64,000 bases of DNA from Octopus vulgaris (taxonomy: Eukaryota): contig OX597814.1 in NCBI GenBank assembly GCA_951406725.2, forward strand, positions 220,348,001 to 220,412,000, written 5' to 3'. Positions within the stretch are counted from its first letter, which is position 1, and every line of letters starts with the position of its first letter. A program made the translations under genes and the position numbers. Under the pieces are notes generated by a model. The model searched no databases. It was not told where the DNA came from and worked only from the letters and a program-made list of their open reading frames with translations. Below are positions 25,330-39,671 of the stretch, piece by piece.

Positions 25330-25720
25330 AGGACAACCTTTTAAACAGCATGAGCTTGTGAAGGTTTTCTGTCAAACTTTCTTGGAAGACTCCATAACTG
25401 ATTCTAGTTGTCTGTGTGTGATTGAGGTGGAGAGAGCTCATGGATTGATCAGTGGCAGTCACCATGTATTAGTTCACAAGATTTTGCAAGCAGCTGGTCA
25501 CCATGAATTCTCATACTTTTGAACAAACACTGTATTAGCTTTAAAATGAGCATGCCCTACCCGCTTCCACCCACCAAAAATAAGTCTTTGATTAAAAGAA
25601 AGTTCAGCAAATGTCTTATGAAGTGCTTCAGAGGTCTCAGCGGCAGATTAATGGAACATTGTGCAAAATTTGATGCAGGCACATTGCTCAGATTTTGTCC
25701 ACCTTCATAAAAATTGCAGA
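25330..25720 (-). mobile_element. Degenerate mariner transposase N-terminal fragment
   Basis: EQCACIKFCTMFH*SAAETSEAL, HAHFKA and RISYGVFQESLTENL resemble the mariner HTH region. Confidence 0.6.
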
Positions 25721-25968
25721 GCCATTCTAACACAGTTATATAAAATCTTGCGTGATAGTTGAACATGAATGATATTACAAAGCCTATTTGTACGATGAGT
25801 CACAAGGCTTGTTACAAATGATCATCAACACATGCATTTCCATTGTTCAGTACAAGCACAGCACGTGCACTTTGGAAATGTTCTGATAACACACACATGT
25901 GTATGTGTATGCATATTTATGTGTGTACTTGCATGCATGTAGATACATACATACACACACACGTGTGC

Positions 25969-26019
<51 letters not shown>

Positions 26020-26321
26020 CATACACACACATATGTATGTGTGCATGTATATGTGCATATAATGGTCTCCTGTACATTTCCTTTCCACCAAATTTCACTG
26101 TCAAATGATTGGCCAACTCATGGCTACAGCAGAAGATATTCAACCAAATTGCCACGCATTGGGATGGAACCTAAAAACCATGGCATTGCAAAGTGAAATT
26201 CTTAACCATTGTCATCTTTCCATGCTGCTAAACTCAGATAGTAGAACAAGACAAATGACATGAACATAAATAATACCATTAGCAACATGAATTAAATTTA
26301 ATTTGAAATATGGTAGACAGA

Positions 26322-26356
<35 letters not shown>

Positions 26357-26961
26357 GACTAGACAGATAAAAAGACTGCCGGAAACAAAGCAGAGACATA
26401 CATTCAGACAGACAGACTGATATTCAAGATAGAGTGGTTTTGCTGGCTAGCCAACAAGTAATATATGGCAGGTGTCATATTTTTTCATTGCCAGTTCCTA
26501 TCTTCTAAACTTTGCTGAAGTAGGTTTCCAACTGAAATCAAGATACAATAACAAAAGATGTGTCAGAATAAATGAAGCAATTTCAAGTAATAAGAAGTCA
26601 CTGTCACTCCGGCTTTCATTATTTTTTTATTGCTGGCAAACATTATATTGCTTTCTGTAATTCAAAATGAATATTTAATTAGTAACAATTAATGCGAATA
26701 TGTTACCATCTTGGTAATTAGTTGACAGGTCTTTCTTAATTTCTATTCTTTGTTAGAGGTTATGGCGATAATAATCATAGTAACAACCATAACAACAAAA
26801 ACAGCTTTTTCTAATTTAGGCACAAGGCCATCAATTGGTTAGTTAATTACCAGTACTACAGATGAAAATTTTCTTGTTTGAAAAGTGTACCAGACTTTTG
26901 GGAACCTCTTTTATTCTGTACTAGAAATACCTCTTCTACCCCCTCTGCCTACTACTAACTA

Positions 26962-26999
<38 letters not shown>

Positions 27000-27219
27000 C
27001 CTTTCTACTATGTGCACAAGGCCTGCAATTTGGGGGAAGGGGGCTGGTCAATTCCATCAACCCCACCAGTACTTGACAGGTACTTATTTTATTGATCCTG
27101 AAAGGATGAAAGGCAAAGTGGACTTTGGCAAAAGAATTTGATATCTGAATGAAAAGTGAAACTAAATGCTATTAAGCATTTTGTCCAATATGCTAACAAT
27201 TTTTCCAGCTCACCACCTT
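27000..27219 (-). mobile_element. Family C Meta-core SINE (diverged) next to (AAT)n
   Basis: Homologous to 2705-2920. Confidence 0.75.
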
Positions 27220-28874
27220 ACTACTAACAATAATAATAATCATAGTGAAATATTAGTAGTTTCCTATGTTATATAACCCTACTTAAGCAATTATTTATTT
27301 CAAACATTAAAAATAACAGTATTAAAATCCATCAATCTACCTACAAACATGTAAGATGTAATCAAATTAACCATAGGTGCTAGGATTATTTTCAGTCAAT
27401 AAAAGTACTTCTTCCATTGGGTAGTAAGCGAAAAGGTTTACGTCAAAATCTATAAAGTCGAATAATTCCAAAGTTGAGTCAAACCTACAGTCACACTGTT
27501 GTTTTGTCTCCTTTTACTTAAATTTAGTTCCAATTGCTAAAGAAAAATAAAAGTTTCTTGATTATGTCATTAAGTATAAGGTTTCTAAGTTATATAGCAG
27601 ACAGGATATTGGAAATTGTTTTGTCTGTACTTTTTTCCCAAAGGTATTAGCAGAGTAATTTCTACTAAGGAAACAAAATTTGGCAATGGGCTTCACTCAT
27701 TTAGAAATTAATACCAGATGAAGCAACAAAAAGACAAAGAAGGAAGACAGTAATAATTTCTTATAATTAAGTCTGAAGCCCTCAGCAAATGAGAGTTACT
27801 TGATTGAGGAAAATGAAAAAAGCACTCAATTTGGACTGTGAGCTTTCAAAAACTATGCTTTAAAATAGCTTATGAGCTGCTAAAGCTTTCTATAAATGAC
27901 AAAGACAAATATTGGCTATTAAAATCGGTAGAATATCAGAAATTTTTATACTAAGTTTAATTGCTGGTATTTATATTACTGGCTCTGACTTGAGGCATGA
28001 AGGGTAGAGTCAACTTTAATGGGATCTGAACCCTGAACATAAAGAAATGAAAACCAAAATACTAAAAAAAAAAAAAATACAACTGTTTTAATTTAACTTT
28101 TTACCATTTTAGTAGCTTTATTTCATTTTCCTAATAGTAATTATTAAGCAAATATAATAACAAACATAATTATTTTTATATCCCTGCAAACACCCTCAAC
28201 TGTTTTAAAGAAAGGTAATATTTTTTCATAGTCTGGTAGATTTTTACAGAAGAAAGGGAACAAAGGACATGGTTTGCATGACAGAGTCATAAACACTCAC
28301 ACAACCATGAATACACACACACACAAATACATATGATGGGCTTCTTTCAGTTTCCATCAACTAAATCCACTCACATGGCTTTTATTGGCCTGGTGCTATA
28401 TTAGGAGACACTTGATTGAGGTGCTGTGTAATGGGACTGAACCTGTAATCATGTGGTTGGGAAGTGCAACACAATTACATTTACATCCCAATGAACTCTA
28501 AGATTTACAACAGAGGAGAGAAATGAGAGATGATGACCCTAATGCCCTTCCTACAGGCATTAATGATATTAACAAAGCAGTTCAATCCAGAAAGAGAACA
28601 AGGCCCAGAAATATGACCAGCTGATAATTAATACTTCATCACATAAACAAGTAATGGTATTGTTTAATTAGTTTGATGGTTTCAAATTAATGAGAGAGGA
28701 CAAGGGCTGAGCTGCTATGTTTGTGCATCTACCAAAATGAAAATAAAGGAATAAAAAGTAGAAGAGCAAAGGGCATCAGCAACACAAAACACCAAAACGA
28801 GAACTATGCTCTGGATTTAGTGGTTAGGAGAATTAAACCATTTGTCTGCTTCTCACACATATTAGAGGCATTAA

Positions 28875-29081
28875 CCATTTCGTTACCATATTTCTGTTGA
28901 AATTCAGTGCTTTTGTTTCAATTAATTTTTAAAAGAATAAAGAATTTACTTAAAATAACTGTCATCATAAAGCTTTGTTTGAAACGTAAATTAACATATT
29001 TCGAAGGAGGACCTTAACTTAGATCACTTTAAGACACGAAGTTTGTATCACAAAACCATAGGCAAGTAAATATTGAAAAGG
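28875..29081. mobile_element. TTAA-flanked MITE, second family
   Basis: TTAA|CCATTTCG ... TGAAAAGG|TTAA. Confidence 0.5.
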
Positions 29082-29546
29082 TTAAATGAACTGAAATATT
29101 TCAACAATTGTCAATCAATATTTATTTACTGGTTCATACACTTGAATATTTGTAACATACTAATAACATTAATTTCTTCTGATTAGGCAGTAAAACAACT
29201 GTCAAAGAGAAGAGTAGTCTACTGAATCAACTGCCAAAACATTACTTCCAAAGCATTTTATCAACCTTAAAGAAACAAAGTTTATTCAGGTTAGATTTGA
29301 ACTTGGACATAGGAGGTCACAAATTAAATAGCAAAACGTATAATCTCGTCTACACTCCACCATCCATGTCTATGTGCTCAAAATGTGTAGGATATAAACA
29401 ATGGAACGGTAAGTTTTTTTTAATGTCTATATAGACATTCATAACAGAAGAGAAATTATAGATAGAGCTTATAATCAAGGATTAACACTAGCTTATAGAC
29501 TTGATGTATCTGTGTGTAGCTTCTCTTTAATTTATAGTGTTCAATA

Positions 29547-29980
29547 ACTGTTTCCTACACAAACATGTAACCAGAGATTTATAGGAGGAGTGAATATAGG
29601 AAATTATGTTTATCAACTATAGTAACATCAGCTACTTTAGAAGTACTTGAAAAGATGCAGGAGAAAATAAATGTCTTTCTATACTAAGCTTGTCTATAAA
29701 AGATCTGTATTGACTAGGAATATTTAATGTTGACTGAGAAATTAAATAAATAGAGAAGAAGAAGAACAATGACTGCTTCCTACACAAACATGTAACCAGG
29801 GATTCATAGGAGGAGGGCGAATATGGGAAATTGTTATGCTCATTAACAATAATAGTAATATCAGCTACTTTAACAGAACAAAATGCAGAGAAAATAAATT
29901 TATTTTCTCTCTAAAGCTTGTCTATAAAAGCTCTGTAATGTCTAGTGATATTTAATATTGACTGAGAAATTAAATAGAGA
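29547..29980. repeat. Old local tandem duplication, period ~225 bp
   Basis: TTCCTACACAAACATGTAACCAG ... GACTGAGAAATTAAATA starts near 29547 and 29772, with indels. Confidence 0.85.
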
Positions 29981-31399
29981 ACAAAAACAACAGAATATCT
30001 ATACATGCACAAATTACAGAATGGTATGAGAATTTATAATATTCATCTGAATTAAGATATTTTCTCCTAGTTTCATTACCATTTTATGAGGGTTACAAGA
30101 GATTGGATCAGAAGATAGAATTTGTACATTTTATTTAAATTAACCATGTTAAGATAAAAGGCTGAGTTAACCATGGCGTAAAATTTTCCCAGAACTATGT
30201 GATCTGGGGAGACGTTGAAGGGAAATAGATTGTAAATCTCGTCTAGTTCATTTGTTCTACTTTCGTTGCATCTATCACCAAACCAGTACTGCAGTGAATG
30301 AAGCTTAACTGGTAATGTTTTATTGGACATCTTAACAATAAAACCTAATGCACTAATATATCACGGTCACTTGCATAAAAAATGTAGATATAGCAGTAAA
30401 TGTGCATGTGTGTGTATGTCGAAATATATGCGGGAAAGTGAGTAATTAGCAGAATCATATAAAAATATGTGATAGTAATTATGTATGCTGGTGAATTATA
30501 AACTCTTCACTGCCAACATAAAAATCACTTCCAAATGAACCATTGAAGAATACAAGAGAGCAAAAGTAAGACTTACTCAATGACCATCATTATTTTATTA
30601 TATTTTTTTCATGGCAGTAAATGTTCATTTTTATCACACTAATATCTAAACTGATGCTAAATGGTTAAAATGATGGGAGAAGGAAGATGATGTATTGGAG
30701 GATAAGGTACTGTAGATACTTGATCAGCCAAGAGTTCAAGCCTGGTAAGATTTCACTGCATTGCACAGTAGTTTGCTGCCTAAGTTGCAGCTAGCTATCA
30801 AAAATATGCATAATATCATTCTGGAATGTTTGACCACAGACTTGAGCTCATAATAATCTTAGTTAACCTTGTCTTGAATCCACATTGGATATGGCTATGG
30901 GTATGTTTATGAAGACTGATGTGAAACAGACTATTCAATGTTAAACTAATCCTACACATGCATTCTTAGCTGTGAAGTGTTTTCTCAATGAAACAATAGC
31001 AAGTAGTGTTGCCCATTGGAGATTGATACGTAAAATTTTGAGTTTGAGAATATAGCCCAAAGCAACAACAGAAAAAAAAAAGGGCAGTATAGTAGATATA
31101 CAACATATATTTTGTGTGTTTCTTAAATGGCTTACAAACACCTTCCACACTGCAATTGTTTTCGTTCCACCACACGATCTCAGATAAAATCACTTGCTAT
31201 GCGAGTACATCTCCGTAATATATTAGAAGTTTACTTTATAATTGTGAGGTCTTAAGTTTGCCCTATGTGACATTTTGGGCATAGACTCCAATCAAGCCGA
31301 GACATGAGTAAAAGATTGTGTAGCGAGAAACTGCGTTAAATAGACTGTCCCTGTAGTTTAAAGGTCCACCCAGGATTCATATTTTTCATCCTGATTTAT

Positions 31400-31790
31400 C
31401 TTTTATGGTTTACTCGTTTAGTCATTAGATTGGACAAGCTGGGGATCGTCTTTAAGTGTTTAGCTGAATAAATCCACCCCAGGACATATTTTTTTATAGC
31501 TGGGTACTTATTCTTTTGGTCTTTTGTTTTTTGCCTAACAGCTAAGTTATGGATATGTAAAAAAAAAAAAACCAACAACAGCTGTCAAATGGTGGTGGGG
31601 GACAAACAAACACACACATACAATCTATATACACATGACAAGCTGCTTTCAGTTTCCATCAAATAAATCCATTTACAAGGCTTTGGTTGACCTGGGGCTA
31701 TAGCAGAAGACACTTTGCCAAGGTGTCATAGAGTGGGACTGAACCCAAAACCATGTAGGTGGAAAGCAAATTTCTTACACAGTCATACCT
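31400..31790 (-). mobile_element. Diverged family A-related SINE
   Basis: Colinear with family A but heavily mutated. Confidence 0.7.
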
Positions 31791-31929
31791 GTGAATAAGG
31801 GCACATATGGTTGCAGGATATTCAGTCACTTCTACACTACTACAAACAGTAGGTGGTAAAATTAATCAACTAGAATACTCATTATTAAAACCAATACAAG
31901 ATACATTTACATTATTAGTTGTGCCTTTA

Positions 31930-34032
31930 TAGGTGGGGTTACAAAACTGTCCCAACTTATTAACACTGTCCCACCATCCAAGGCAGCTTGAAATTATGTC
32001 TCTGATTTTTGGAAATCTGGAAAAATTTTACTCATGATTTTTATCCTGGTTTGTCAGAAAAGTCATCAGGTATCGATATTAATTAATCTTCCCAGCACTT
32101 CATGAAACATGTAGCAGGATTTGAAACTAAAACCCTTTGTTTCACTCACATGCATAAGCCATAATATTCAGAACTCTTCCTTTGATTGCACAAAAGAAAA
32201 AAGAAAAAAAAAGGTCCCTGGTTGGCAAAGACAAAAAATTTTCATTGGCTGAGAGAAAGAATCATAGAGAGAAAGAATTTGCATATCAATAACAGATAAT
32301 GTTAGGCTTTACAGAACATCTGTTTTACATGAGAAACAGAGACAGATTGTAGGGCTTGGACAATTCAATTTGTCCCACAGACAATTCACCAAAGTTACTA
32401 GAGGATCCTGTACAGCTAACCACTGATGAATAACCAAGCTATCTCTTTATATTTTTGTCTTTTATCTTTTAGCCTGTCTTAACCAAACCACAGATAACTG
32501 CTGGATTTTTGACAACAGTACTTAAATCTTTTCCTTACGCACACACACAATTATGGAAACATACACCTTTCCTGTGAGCACATGTGAGTACATGTGAGTA
32601 CATGTGAGTACATGTGAGTACATGAACTTCTGGATTAAGTAACAATGAATTTGTTTGTTGTTTCATGAATAAGCAATTTAATCTGCATATTCATCACTAT
32701 TTTCTTGCTATGTTAGTGATTGTAAATTTCCCCTGGCGTTGGCATATCCCAGAATAAACCAGTTGTAATATATATTTCATATTTCACTTTACTTTGAAAT
32801 TTCATCCATATTTCTCTTGAAAGAATTTTGATTTATTTTTACCTTGTCAAAAAGAGCAAGAACATTTATGGAAAAACTCAAGAAAGATTACCCTTTTCTA
32901 ACAGAGTAAAATACAATCGCTGTTTTGCAGAGTTCTCTGTGGCACATAAATGTAGATTGGATACAAATAAATCATTTGAAATCTCAAAGGCACAAAATGT
33001 GTTTTGTTGCTGTTCATTACAATTAGATACATTTTTTTAAATGTCAGAAATAATTGAATTGGAGCTTCTTGTCTCTATAGAAACCACTTTTACTTCTTGT
33101 ACCATTTCTCATCAATTGAGTTTCAAGACATCTGACTGTTTGCCAAAATTGGTCTCAAAACGTTTTTGAGATCCAAAGTTTTGTTTAGCACAATTTTAAA
33201 TGTAATTTCACCAATGGCTAAATCTGAACTTGCTAATGACCTAGCAGGGACAAATTTTGTGATGATATCTGTGGATGCTTTGAGAATTGAAAAGATGTTG
33301 AAATAATACTTTTTTTATTATTTGATATTAGATTCCAAGTCAGAGGGTAGAAGTCAAATTTTTGGATATGCACACGATTTCAGTTGATTTGGATGAGATA
33401 CTGACAAATGCCTTAGTATCAGTTATTGACTGTTAGGGGTTGACAAAAAAAGTCGTTGGATTTTGAGAAGACTTCTGTATAAACAGGCATGAACAACATA
33501 TTGAGCTGATTAAAACCAAACTTGGAAAGGATCTTGTTGGTATTGGCTGTGCTGCTCACATTATGCACAACTGTCTCCAAGCAGTTGTTGATCTATTACC
33601 AATTGATACTAAAGCACTTATTGTGAACATTTTCAAATAAAAGTATGCTTAGTTGAATATATTTTTAAATGCTACTGTTACATATGACAATATTTTACAT
33701 GCATAAGCTGTCAAGAACAGAATATCTGCTTTGTATATTTGTTTCTGTTCCCTGTCTATCTATGTCCATCAATCAGACATCTTGCAAAGCCAGGTGTATC
33801 ACTTCAACACTTTCTAGGAATCACTTTCATATCAGAAGAAAGCATGCAATTATGTTAACTTTTGCAGAAAGAAAATCCCCAGACCCTCTGGCTGGTAGGA
33901 GAGGTGACTAGCTCTTCCTTAATATCCAACCTACATCTTGCAGTTTTTCAGACCTTGCACAATATTCTCATTGATTCTGGTTTCAACTCCCCATTGTCCC
34001 ATATTCACTTTTGAAAATTATAGTAGGCCCAT
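31930..34032 (+). mobile_element. Degenerate hAT (Blackjack-like) DNA transposon
   Basis: LVGIGCAAHIMHNCLQAVVDLLPIDTKALIVNIFK* (33533-33640, CxxH motif) and HQLSFKTSDC (~33110); subterminal TGTCCC motifs near both decayed ends. Confidence 0.6.
32574..32623. repeat. 10-bp tandem repeat (CATGTGAGTA) x ~5
   Basis: Directly visible. Confidence 0.9.
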
Positions 34033-34629
34033 TTATAGACAAACTATCATTTAGATAAAAGGCATCAAGTTCTCAGGTAACCAAGTTTATCAGATATTGT
34101 CTGAATCTATTCTTAATCTTACACACAAGCTGGATGTAACCTTTATATAGATAATACTCATTTCTTTCATTGACATAAAGCTACAAGTTTATTTATTAAG
34201 AACTGATCAGATTAGGGTAGTAGTAAAAGACCATGGACAAGTGTCTTCTGCTGTTACCCCTGGCTAGTTAAAGCCTTGTGAACAAATTTGGTAGATGGAA
34301 ACTGTATTAAATCCACTCTGTGCATGTGTATAAGTGGATTATGTTGATAATTTGGTTGTCATTATTAGAGTGAAGCAGTACTGATGTTAGTATTCCTTGT
34401 TGATATAAATAGTCACTCTATGTTTTCAAAGATCTGAGGAATATAAAAATTCTATACTTGAAAAAATATGCAAAGGTTGGAGATAGGAAGAGCATGCAAC
34501 GGTAATATTGCACCTCAAAATCAATTACCATCGAAGTCATGACAGCATAGAAAAACAAATGTTAAACGAATGAGTGAATGAAGTATATATGATTAAGAAA
34601 TCTACTTTAGTATGTGCATATACACACAG

Positions 34630-35012
34630 TGGAGGCGCAATGGCCCAGTGGTTAGGGCAAGCGGACTCGCGGTCATAGGATCGCGGTTTCGATTCCCAGA
34701 CCGAGCATTGTGAGTGTTTATTGAGCGAAAACACCTAAAAGCTCCACAAGGCTCTGGCAGGGGATGGTGGTGATCCCTGCTGTACTCTTTCACCACAACT
34801 TCCTCTCACTCTTACTTCCTGTTTCTGTTGTACCTGTATTTCAAGGGGCCGGCCTTGTAATTCTTTGTGTCACGCTGAATATCCCCGAGAACTATGTTAA
34901 GGGTACACGTGTCTGTGGAGTGCTCAGCCACTTACACTTTAATTTCACGAGCAGGCTGTTCCGTTGGTCGGATCAACCGGAACCCTTGTCGTCGTAATCG
35001 ACGGAGTGCTTC
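34630..35012 (+). mobile_element. tRNA-derived SINE, CpG-rich and probably young
   Basis: A-box TGGCCCAGTGG, B-box GGTTTCGATTCC, followed by a ~300-bp non-tRNA body. Confidence 0.75.
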
Positions 35013-36428
35013 CATACATATATACACACACACATACTGTGTATACCTGTTACTTATTTTAACAAGCCCAGAGAGAAGAATGGGCCAATCAAACATTGCA
35101 TTATTTGAACTTAAACGTAGAGGATTTCAATATAATAGTGGAAAGTATTCAATCTGGCACTTAACTCTTTCTGTCACTGACAACTTCTGTTGTTCTTTTA
35201 ACGAAACATCAATATAGAATGAAGAGGAGATGTACAAAGAAATTTAACATTAAATTTTAACAACTAAAGCTTGATTCAGCCATTTATGCATGCTCCAATA
35301 CACAAACTGTTGCCATACTTGTTAGCCGATCAAACCTGACCTACCTTGTTACATTTGGTGTGCTGCCAAATATAGGAAACATATACTTCTAAAGCAATGC
35401 CAGCATGGAAGAATAGGCATTAAAGACCGGTGATGAAGATAATGATAACGATGCTAATGATGACATTGATAAGCTACAGTCGTTTCTTTCAAAAATGACT
35501 GAATTTAATTCGATACTTTGTGTTCTGTATCTCATATATCTTTTACTATTCCTCTCTGTGTTTCTGTATATTAATAATTAAAACTGAATCTTTGTTAAGA
35601 GAAAACAGTGTGATGTGTGTGATGTGTCTGTATGTTTGTGTGAGCATATCAGTCACTTTTAATAGCAGCAAGTTTTAATTATTACAATTTGGAACTAATA
35701 CTTCTGACAAAGCAGAGTGACTGTGTGGTTTTGTAAGAAGGAACTAGTGACTGAAAGTTCAAGATCTGCAACTATTTCGGCACCATGCCTCCTAACACAA
35801 TATAGAATATTTCTCAACTTGCTTTCTCACTTTCACAAACTAAACAGAATAAAAAATAAAAAAACACAACAGAAATAAAGAAAAGATAAGACTTCATAGT
35901 AGGAAGAGAAGCTTGTCTTCAAATGAGACTAGAAATACAAATATCAAGGATACGATAACAGAAAAATAATTGCAAAACAGTCATAAAATTTAAAAAGAAG
36001 AAAAGGATGCAAACAAGATACGTGGTAGTTTGTAATGAAAACTGTAAAATAAAAACTTGGTTTGGAGAATGACAGTAAAGTTTGTTAGAGATAGGCAAAG
36101 AAAAAAATAGAAAGCAATTACTGTAATTCATCATTTAGCGACCGTTTTCCATGCTGGCAAAAGAAAATGTACACCTACATGTGCTTGAAATGACCATCTT
36201 AGAGAATTGCATCTTAAACAGTCTATAAATCAGGCTTATATAAAGTACAGGTTGGTCAAATTAGTCAATTACTAACCTAATGGCTGAGAGGTCAATGATT
36301 TGTATAGTGTTACAGGAAGTGTGTGATGTTGGTGGTAAAAGTCACTCAACTATCAATGTTTTAATTGAGAGAGAGAGAGAGAGAAGAGAAGAGAGAGAGA
36401 GAGAAGAGAGAAAGCCATGCAGAAATGT

Positions 36429-36720
36429 ACAAGGTGAGTAAACTAGTGATACTCTTCATTGGCAAAAATTAGAGGAGTTGTGTGAATTAGTGACACTTTG
36501 CATTAATGTGTGATATTCAGCATTGACAAAAAGCTGGTGATACTCAGAATTGAAGAAAAGCTAGTAATCTTCTACATTGATAAAAATCTAGTGATATCCT
36601 ACAGTAATAAACTCTCTAGCTTCCCAGAAGAAATACACTAAATGAGTAAACAAACGATACTCTGCATTAACGAAAAACCAGACAAGGTGAGTAAATTAGT
36701 GATAACCTACACAGACAAAA
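36429..36720. repeat. Degenerate ~27-bp minisatellite
   Basis: Units such as GCTGGTGATACTCAGAATTGAAGAAAA and GCTAGTAATCTTCTACATTGATAAAAA. Confidence 0.65.
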
Positions 36721-37160
36721 AAAACAAACAGCTTATGTACATTTATCTCACCTGCAAGAAAAAGTAGCCAAACCTTACATTGCATGCTACATCACCATCA
36801 TCATCTTCATCATCATCGTTTAACATCTGCTCTCCATGCTGGCATGGGTTGGATGGTTTGATATGAAGATGGCTAGCAGAGAGTTATCTAGACTCTGTTT
36901 GTTTGTTGTGACATGGTTTCTGCAGCTGGATGCTCTTCCTAACGCCAACCATTTAGCAGAGTGTGCTGGGTGGTTTTTATGTTCCACCAGCACAGGTGTG
37001 TCTATCAGGCACCAGCACAGGTGCTTTTTAAGTGGCATTGACACCTGAAAGGACAAGCCTGGATGTATGGAAGGCAGCGATTTTTACTTAGCTTCATGTG
37101 TCATATCAAATACAGCTACATTTTCAGAAATGTATTGACTGAACAATGATATACAAAAAG

Positions 37161-37650
37161 ATGGGTTGGTCATGGCTGGAACACTTTTCATCATAAATTT
37201 GTTCAATGAGTGTTAGACTGGAGATAAACAACAAGCTATGAGTGGGCACTGAAAAGTTCCTGGCTCTGGGTAAAAGAAAATCCAGGAAGATCAGTTAATC
37301 ATGATTTTATTCAACATATTCCCCTCTCAGGTTCACACTTATTGCAGTGGTCCTCGAAAGGTTGGGCCTCTAACCAGGTCTTGAAAGGTTGGGCAAGACC
37401 TGATATGGGTTGGTCATGGCTGGAACACTTTTCATCATAAATTTGTTCAATGAATGTTAGACTGGAGATAAACAACAAGCTATGAGTGGGCACTGAAAAG
37501 TTCCTGGCTCTGGGTAAAAGAAAATCCAGGAAGATCAGTTAATCATGATTTTATTCAACATATTCCCCTCTCAGGTTCACACTTATTGCAGTGGTCCTCG
37601 AAAGGTTGGGCCTCTAACCAGGTCTTGAAAGGTTGGGCAAGACCTGATAT
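37161..37650. repeat. Near-perfect 244-bp tandem duplication containing a mariner-derived MITE end
   Basis: 37161-37406 matches 37405-37650 with one G/A difference seen. Contains TIR-like TATGAGTGGGCACTGAAAAGTTCCTGGC and minus-strand CNKCVNLRGEYVE* (mariner C-terminus). Confidence 0.9.
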
Positions 37651-38082
37651 CTAATCTCATCACCTCTGTTTGGTTAAAAAGAGATGATGAATGATGGCTA
37701 GAAGAATATTGAGTTATATTTGATAACCAGTTTATTTAGCAAGCGAGGCCTTAAATCAGTGAAAGGGGGTTTGTGTGCAATGATGCCATCAAGAAGTAAG
37801 ACTCAAAACAGTGTGCATTCTCTCCTGATGAACCCATACACTTGCTGGTTTCCGGTATGCAGAGCTTTCGACAGGTAACACTTGAATGTGCAAGTTGTTT
37901 GTAAAACATATTCATTCAACTGCTTCTGCTACTTCACTGCCTCAAAAGGCTGTGAAGTTATTGATCTGTGAGTTTAGTAAATGGCCACAAATATTAGGTG
38001 CAGTTGGTTTAATTGAATCTAATACTTAACTGGTACTTATTTCATTGACTTTGGAGTAAAGAAAGAGATTTCAGCTATAGGG

Positions 38083-38767
38083 TCACATGTGACTGTGCTT
38101 AAAAGTTTGGTTTCCAACCATATAGTTTAAAGTGTGACACCTTGGGCAAGTGTCTTCACCATAGCTCTGAGTTAAGACCTGTGAATACATTTGGTAGACA
38201 GAAACTGAAAGAAGGCGAGGAGCTGGCAGAAATGTTAGCACGCTGGGCGAAATGCTTAACAGTATTTCGTCTGCCACTACGTTCTGAGCTCAAATTCTGC
38301 CAAGGTCGACTCTGCCTTTCATCCTTTCGGGGTTGATAAATTAAGTACCAGTTATACACTGGGTTCGATGTAATCAACTTAATCCCTTTGTCTGTCCTTG
38401 TTTGTCCCCTCTAAGTTTAGTCCCTTGTGGGCAATAAAGAAATAAGAAACTGAAAGAAGCCCATTGTGTATGTGTGTGTGTGTGTGTGGGGGGTTTCCTT
38501 GTCTTGACATTAATGTGACCCTTAATGAATGGTACCCTTAATGAATGTAATAGTTATGAGTGTAACTGTCATACAATTAGAGTTCTATACTTTCAGTTTC
38601 CATGATAAAATATTTGGTCATAGGGAACTATTACATCGGTTGGAAACAAGTGAGGGTTGTTGACAGGAAAGGTATCCAGTCATATAAATCTGCCCTAATG
38701 AATTCTCTCTGGCCCGTCCAACATGGAAGAATGAATATAAAAACAATGATGATGATGATGATGATGA
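38083..38767 (+). mobile_element. Older family D SINE (family A head, RTE-like (GAT)n tail) carrying a family C insertion at 38212-38444
   Basis: TSD AGAAACTGAAAG at 38200-38211 and 38445-38456. Confidence 0.75.
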
Positions 38768-39671
38768 ACTATGGAAGTACAGTGACAACTACCTGCTACA
38801 AGGCTTTTAATATGGAACACTACAATATAAGAATATTGTATAATTGACAAGTCAAGAAGGGAACCTTATCATGGTCATTCAACCTGTTAGAAATAGCAGT
38901 CAAATCTCTATGAAATTATGCCCTACTGTTCTGAAAGAACACACAGCCCTAAAATAATGTCTACAATACTTTTGTAGTTTAACTGGCATTAAATAACAAC
39001 TACATAATTGTATTAACAAAGGTTTGAACATGGATCATTGAAGGTGGCTGAATTGGTCCCAGGAAAAAAGGTAAACGTGGTAGTGATGGGGGTGGTAGAA
39101 TATAGCCTCAGGGTAACATGTCCAAGAAGGTGAATACAAGAGAACATGTAAACAGGAAACTCAGTAGAGATAAGGTTGCAAGTGTGTGAGAGGAGAGAGA
39201 GAGAGAGATAAGCGTAGGGTGAAGTTGGTCAGATGTACAGAGGAGGTGAATGAAGTGAACGGTCAACAAGGCATGATTGATAGTAAACATCAAGGAATGA
39301 TATGAATGGACAGATGTCAGTTGAAGTTAGCTCAGTAGAGAGGGAGTAATGGATGACAGAAATTTCCAATAGAAATTGTCTGCAGTGACAGGTTCTAATT
39401 TCATTACATGCAGCAGCTGAATAAAAGTAGATAGGTGAGTGATGGAGGGATTGCATGACAGGGAGAATAGGGGTGGATGTTAAAGGTCACAAGGGTGTGC
39501 AAAGGACAGTAAGTTATGGATAAAACAGGGTGGGGTTGAATGACAGTGAAGGTTACAGTAAGTACAGGTAGGGAGTAAGAAGAATGAGCTTAGAGGAGAG
39601 ACCCATTTATCTGAGTGGGTGGGGAAAGGGGAGCAAAAATATATACATATATGTACCCAAAAATATACATA

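Noticed and set aside
30560-30940. Possible Tc1/mariner (DD37D-like) remnant
   Set aside because: Only faint resemblance to WPPNSPDLNP-type motifs; too decayed to support by eye.
34630-34705. Functional tRNA gene
   Set aside because: A/B boxes are present, but there is no clean acceptor stem or terminator and the sequence continues into a SINE body; the same applies to the other SINE heads.
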